Positions 27,283-30,792 of a stretch of DNA of 30,792 nucleotides are shown here, piece after piece. Numbering within the stretch: the stretch's first letter is position 1; every line of letters starts with the position of its first letter. The position numbers and the translations under genes were made by a program. Source of the stretch: Tubiluchus corallicola (lineage: Eukaryota; Animalia; Priapulida); NCBI GenBank assembly GCA_030141605.1, contig JAQGDQ010001656.1:1-30792 (forward strand), in the 5' to 3' direction. Below the pieces are notes generated by a model, which searched no databases, had not been told where the DNA came from, and worked only from the letters and a program-made list of their open reading frames with translations.

Positions 27283-30060
27283 ATGGCAATGAAATTTTGG
27301 CATATTCTTCTAATTATATATTGCACGAACCATTTATTACGTACTGTGAATACTCAGGAAACTAATAATCATGAGGCATCATTTGCGTCTAGTTCAGGTT
27401 TAAGTACTACGTTGCCGACCGGTGAAACAATTACATCAGTAACAGTTACTTCTGAAGAAAGTACAATAGGATCGAGCGATCAAACAACAGTAAAAGTATC
27501 AACTACTAATTATTCAACAGACTTGCCTACTTCAGAAGAAGCTACTGTAACATCAAATGAGAATACAGTAGCAACTGCAGTTAGTACGGAGGAAAGTGCT
27601 TTCTCTTCAAGTACTGCAGCTTCCCCAGACACAACTAGTGCAACGAATGCATCAAGTGAAGAGACAACGGAAACAATGAGCACTTCAAAACAAGGTACTA
27701 CAATATCGAGTGTCACGGAAACTGCAGTCACGACTAGTTCAGGAGAAGTGACTGTCACATCAAGTATTAAACCAGTAACAACTGCAATTCTAACAACTGT
27801 GACAAACGACCCCAAAACAACTGATACGTTAAGTAATGAAACAACGGGAACCGCAACTGCAAGTGCTGATGTAACACCAGTTATGACTAATTCTGAAAGA
27901 AGTACAGTCACTGCAACTGGAGAGACAGCAACAATGTTCGCTAGTTCAGAACTAACGACTGCAACATCAGGCGATGAGACTACTGTTATTGTAACATCAA
28001 TTGGCGAGACTTCGGCGACTGCAACATCAAGTGACGAGATTACAGAGAGTGCAACATCAAGTGAGGAGACTACAGCGACTCCAACATCAAGTGAGGAGAC
28101 TTCTGTTATTGTAACATCAAGTGACGAGACTACAGTTGCTGCAACATTAAGTGATGCAACTACAGCAACTGCAACATCAAGTGAAGAGACTACAGCAACT
28201 GCAACATTAAGTGATGAGACCACAGTAACTGCGATATCAAGTCATGAAACTACAGTGACAGCAACACCAAGTGATGAGACTACAGTAACTGCGATATCAA
28301 GTGATAAAACTTCAGTGACTGCAATATCAAGTGATGATACTACAGTAACTGTGATATCAAGTGATGAAACTACAGTGACTGCAACACCAATTGATGAGAC
28401 TACAGTGATGTCGACATCAAATGATGAAACTACAGTGACTGCAACATCAAGTGATGATACTACAGTGACCACGACATCAAGTAATGAAACTACAGTGACT
28501 GCAACATTAAGTGATGAGACTACAGCAACTGCAACATTGAGTGATGAAACTACAGTGACTGCAACAACAAGTGATGAAATTACAGCAACTGTAATAACAT
28601 TAAGTGATAAAACTACAGTAACTGAGATATCAAGTGAAGAGACCATAGCAACTGCAACGTTAAGTGATGAGACTACAGCAACTGCAACATTAAGTGATGA
28701 GACTACGGTGACTGCATCATCAAGTGACGAGACTACAGCAACTGCAACGTTAAGTGATGAGACTACAGCAACTGCATCATCAAGTGACGAGACTACAGCA
28801 ACTGCAACGTTAAGTGATGAGACTACAGCAACTGCAACATTGAGTGATGAGACTACGGTGACTGCGACATCAAGTGATGAAACTACAGTAACTGTGATAT
28901 CAACTGATGAAACTACAGTGACTGCAACACCAAGTGATAAGACTACAGTGACTGTGACATCAAATGATGAAACTACAATGACTGCAACATCAAGTGATGG
29001 TACTACAGTGACCGCAACATCAAATGATGAAACTACAGTGACTGCGACATCAAGTGAAGAGACTATAGCGACTGCATCATCAAGTGATGAGACTACAGCA
29101 ACTGCAACATTAAGTGATGAGACTACGGTGACTGCATCATCAAATGACGAGACTACAGCAACTGCAACGTTAAGTGATGAGACTACAGCAACTGCATCAT
29201 CAAGTGACGAGACTACAGCAACTGCAACATTGAGTGATGAGACTACGGTGACTGCGACATCAAGTGGTGAAACTACAGTAACTGTGATATCAACTGATGA
29301 AACTACAGTGACTGCAACACCAAGTGATAAGACTACAGTGACTGTGACATCAAATGATGAAACTACAATGACTGCAACATCAAGTGATGGTACTACAGTG
29401 ACCGCAACATCAAATGATGAAACTACAGTGACTGCGACATCAAGTGAAGAGACTATAGCGACTGCATCATCAAGTGACGAGACTACAGCAACTGCAACAT
29501 TAAGTGATGAGACTACGGTGACTGCATCATCAAATGACGAGACTACAGCAACTGCAACGTTAAGTGATGAGACTACAGCAACTGCATCATCAAGTGACGA
29601 GACTACAGCAACTGCAACATTGAGTGATGAGACTACGGTGACTGCGACATCAAGTGGTGAAACTACAGTAACTGTGATATCAACTGATGAAACTACAGTG
29701 ACTGCAACACCAAGTGATAAGACTACAGTGACTGTGACATCAAATGATGAAACTACAATGACTGCAACATCAAGTGATGGTACTACAGTGACCGCAACAT
29801 CAAATGATGAAACTACAGTGACTGCGACATCAAGTGAAGAGACTATAGCGACTGCATCATCAAGTGACGAGACCACAGCAACTGGAACATTGAGTGATGA
29901 GACTACGGTAACTGCAATATCAAGTGATAAAATTACAGTGACTGCAATATCAAGTGATGAAACTACAGCGACTGCAACATCAAATGATGAAACTACAGTG
30001 ACTGTAACATCAACAGATCAAACAACGTCAGGTACTGATGTAACAAATACTATATTATAA
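27283..30060 (+). CDS. Secreted acidic Thr/Ser-rich tandem-repeat (mucin-like) protein, 925 aa
   Basis: Uninterrupted ORF with a good start context (AAAACATGG) and a predicted signal peptide MAMKFWHILLIIYCTNHLLRTVNT|QE. About 200 aa of degenerate S/T/E sequence precede the 10-aa repeats. No TM segment, and no Cys in the mature region. Confidence 0.85.
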   Translation: MAMKFWHILLIIYCTNHLLRTVNTQETNNHEASFASSSGLSTTLPTGETITSVTVTSEESTIGSSDQTTVKVSTTNYSTDLPTSEEATVTSNENTVATAVSTEESAFSSSTAASPDTTSATNASSEETTETMSTSKQGTTISSVTETAVTTSSGEVTVTSSIKPVTTAILTTVTNDPKTTDTLSNETTGTATASADVTPVMTNSERSTVTATGETATMFASSELTTATSGDETTVIVTSIGETSATATSSDEITESATSSEETTATPTSSEETSVIVTSSDETTVAATLSDATTATATSSEETTATATLSDETTVTAISSHETTVTATPSDETTVTAISSDKTSVTAISSDDTTVTVISSDETTVTATPIDETTVMSTSNDETTVTATSSDDTTVTTTSSNETTVTATLSDETTATATLSDETTVTATTSDEITATVITLSDKTTVTEISSEETIATATLSDETTATATLSDETTVTASSSDETTATATLSDETTATASSSDETTATATLSDETTATATLSDETTVTATSSDETTVTVISTDETTVTATPSDKTTVTVTSNDETTMTATSSDGTTVTATSNDETTVTATSSEETIATASSSDETTATATLSDETTVTASSNDETTATATLSDETTATASSSDETTATATLSDETTVTATSSGETTVTVISTDETTVTATPSDKTTVTVTSNDETTMTATSSDGTTVTATSNDETTVTATSSEETIATASSSDETTATATLSDETTVTASSNDETTATATLSDETTATASSSDETTATATLSDETTVTATSSGETTVTVISTDETTVTATPSDKTTVTVTSNDETTMTATSSDGTTVTATSNDETTVTATSSEETIATASSSDETTATGTLSDETTVTAISSDKITVTAISSDETTATATSNDETTVTVTSTDQTTSGTDVTNTIL
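27961..30020 (+). repeat. Coding 30-bp minisatellite (about 68 units) with a 390-bp higher-order repeat
   Basis: Unit consensus ACTGCAACATCAAGTGATGAGACTACAGTG. The diagnostic unit ACTGTGATATCAACTGATGA recurs at 28891, 29281 and 29671. Confidence 0.97.
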
Positions 30061-30792
30061 TCAGTTTAACGTACTTATTACGGTAACATAAAACGATGGA
30101 ACCATAATTTTCCGAACAGTACTAAAATAACAATAACAACACCAGGTACAATAAGCGGGCAGTAGTAAAATATTAATTGCTGACGCATTGACAACGTCAG
30201 TAGCCGAAATTGCTGCACATGCCAAGGCCAGCATTATAAGGGTCTGGTAAAGTTTCCTAAAAGTGGGAATTTGTTCTATTACTGTAGTAACAAACATCAT
30301 CTACAAAATGTTTTCAATCCGAAGTATGATACAAACTCAGATGGTTTTTTTATACGGCCTTGTAGCTGTCTCATTTTCATAGTGACAGTATGCTGAGGCG
30401 GTATAAAGTTTACGCAAAACACTACCGCTATCTCATTCAAGACCAATTTAATAGTCATTTCCGCAATATCAGTCTAAGGACTTGTTTGGCAAGTTTTTAA
30501 CAATGTATTTTCTTCAGTAAGCCGACCGTGCGATAATTTAAATGACTAGCATATTGAAATAATAACAATAAATAAAATAAGTAAACTGGTAAAAAGCTTG
30601 TAGATAAACAGAATTTCCAGAATGTTCAGCATTCCACACAATGTTTAGTTTTTGCATCAATTTGGTCCGGCATTGCATTTGAGAACTTAATTAAGTTAAT
30701 TGTATACTAGCAAAAGTCCTGCAAAAATTTTGCGTATAAATCCACTTATAGTCAACAATGCGCGAACATCTAGAGTTCGTTTATTTACCTAA

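Noticed and set aside
27510-29876. Long antisense Val-rich ORFs (237 and 544 aa)
   Set aside because: They mirror the codon-periodic sense repeat. The sense ORF has the start context and signal peptide.
27961-30020. CRISPR-like appearance of regular 30-bp repeats
   Set aside because: The units are head-to-tail with no unique spacers, lie in frame in a coding ORF, have no cas genes nearby, and sit in eukaryotic DNA.

Overview
This is AT-rich animal (probably invertebrate) nuclear DNA with spliceosomal introns, not prokaryotic sequence. Two host genes are readable on the + strand. (1) A spliced gene for a secreted, acidic, heavily N-glycosylated two-Ig-domain protein, mostly missed by the ORF track: signal-peptide exon 12031-12115, Ig exons 21529-21831, 22275-22418 and 24314-24505, and a probable terminal exon 25895-25926; all introns are phase 1 GT-AG. 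(2) An apparently single-exon 925-aa secreted Thr/Ser/Asp/Glu-rich protein (27283-30060) built from about 68 ten-residue S-S-D-E-T-T-V-T-A-T repeats with a 390-bp higher-order repeat. The rest is mostly mobile and repetitive DNA: a near-intact APE-RT LINE ORF2 (one premature stop) inserted into a long (CT)n microsatellite, a 5'-truncated CR1/L2-group LINE, several decayed RTE-clade fragments, a LINE zinc-knuckle tail, Tc1/mariner and hAT remnants, foldback hairpins and simple repeats. All assignments come from manual translation and motif recognition; no searches were run.
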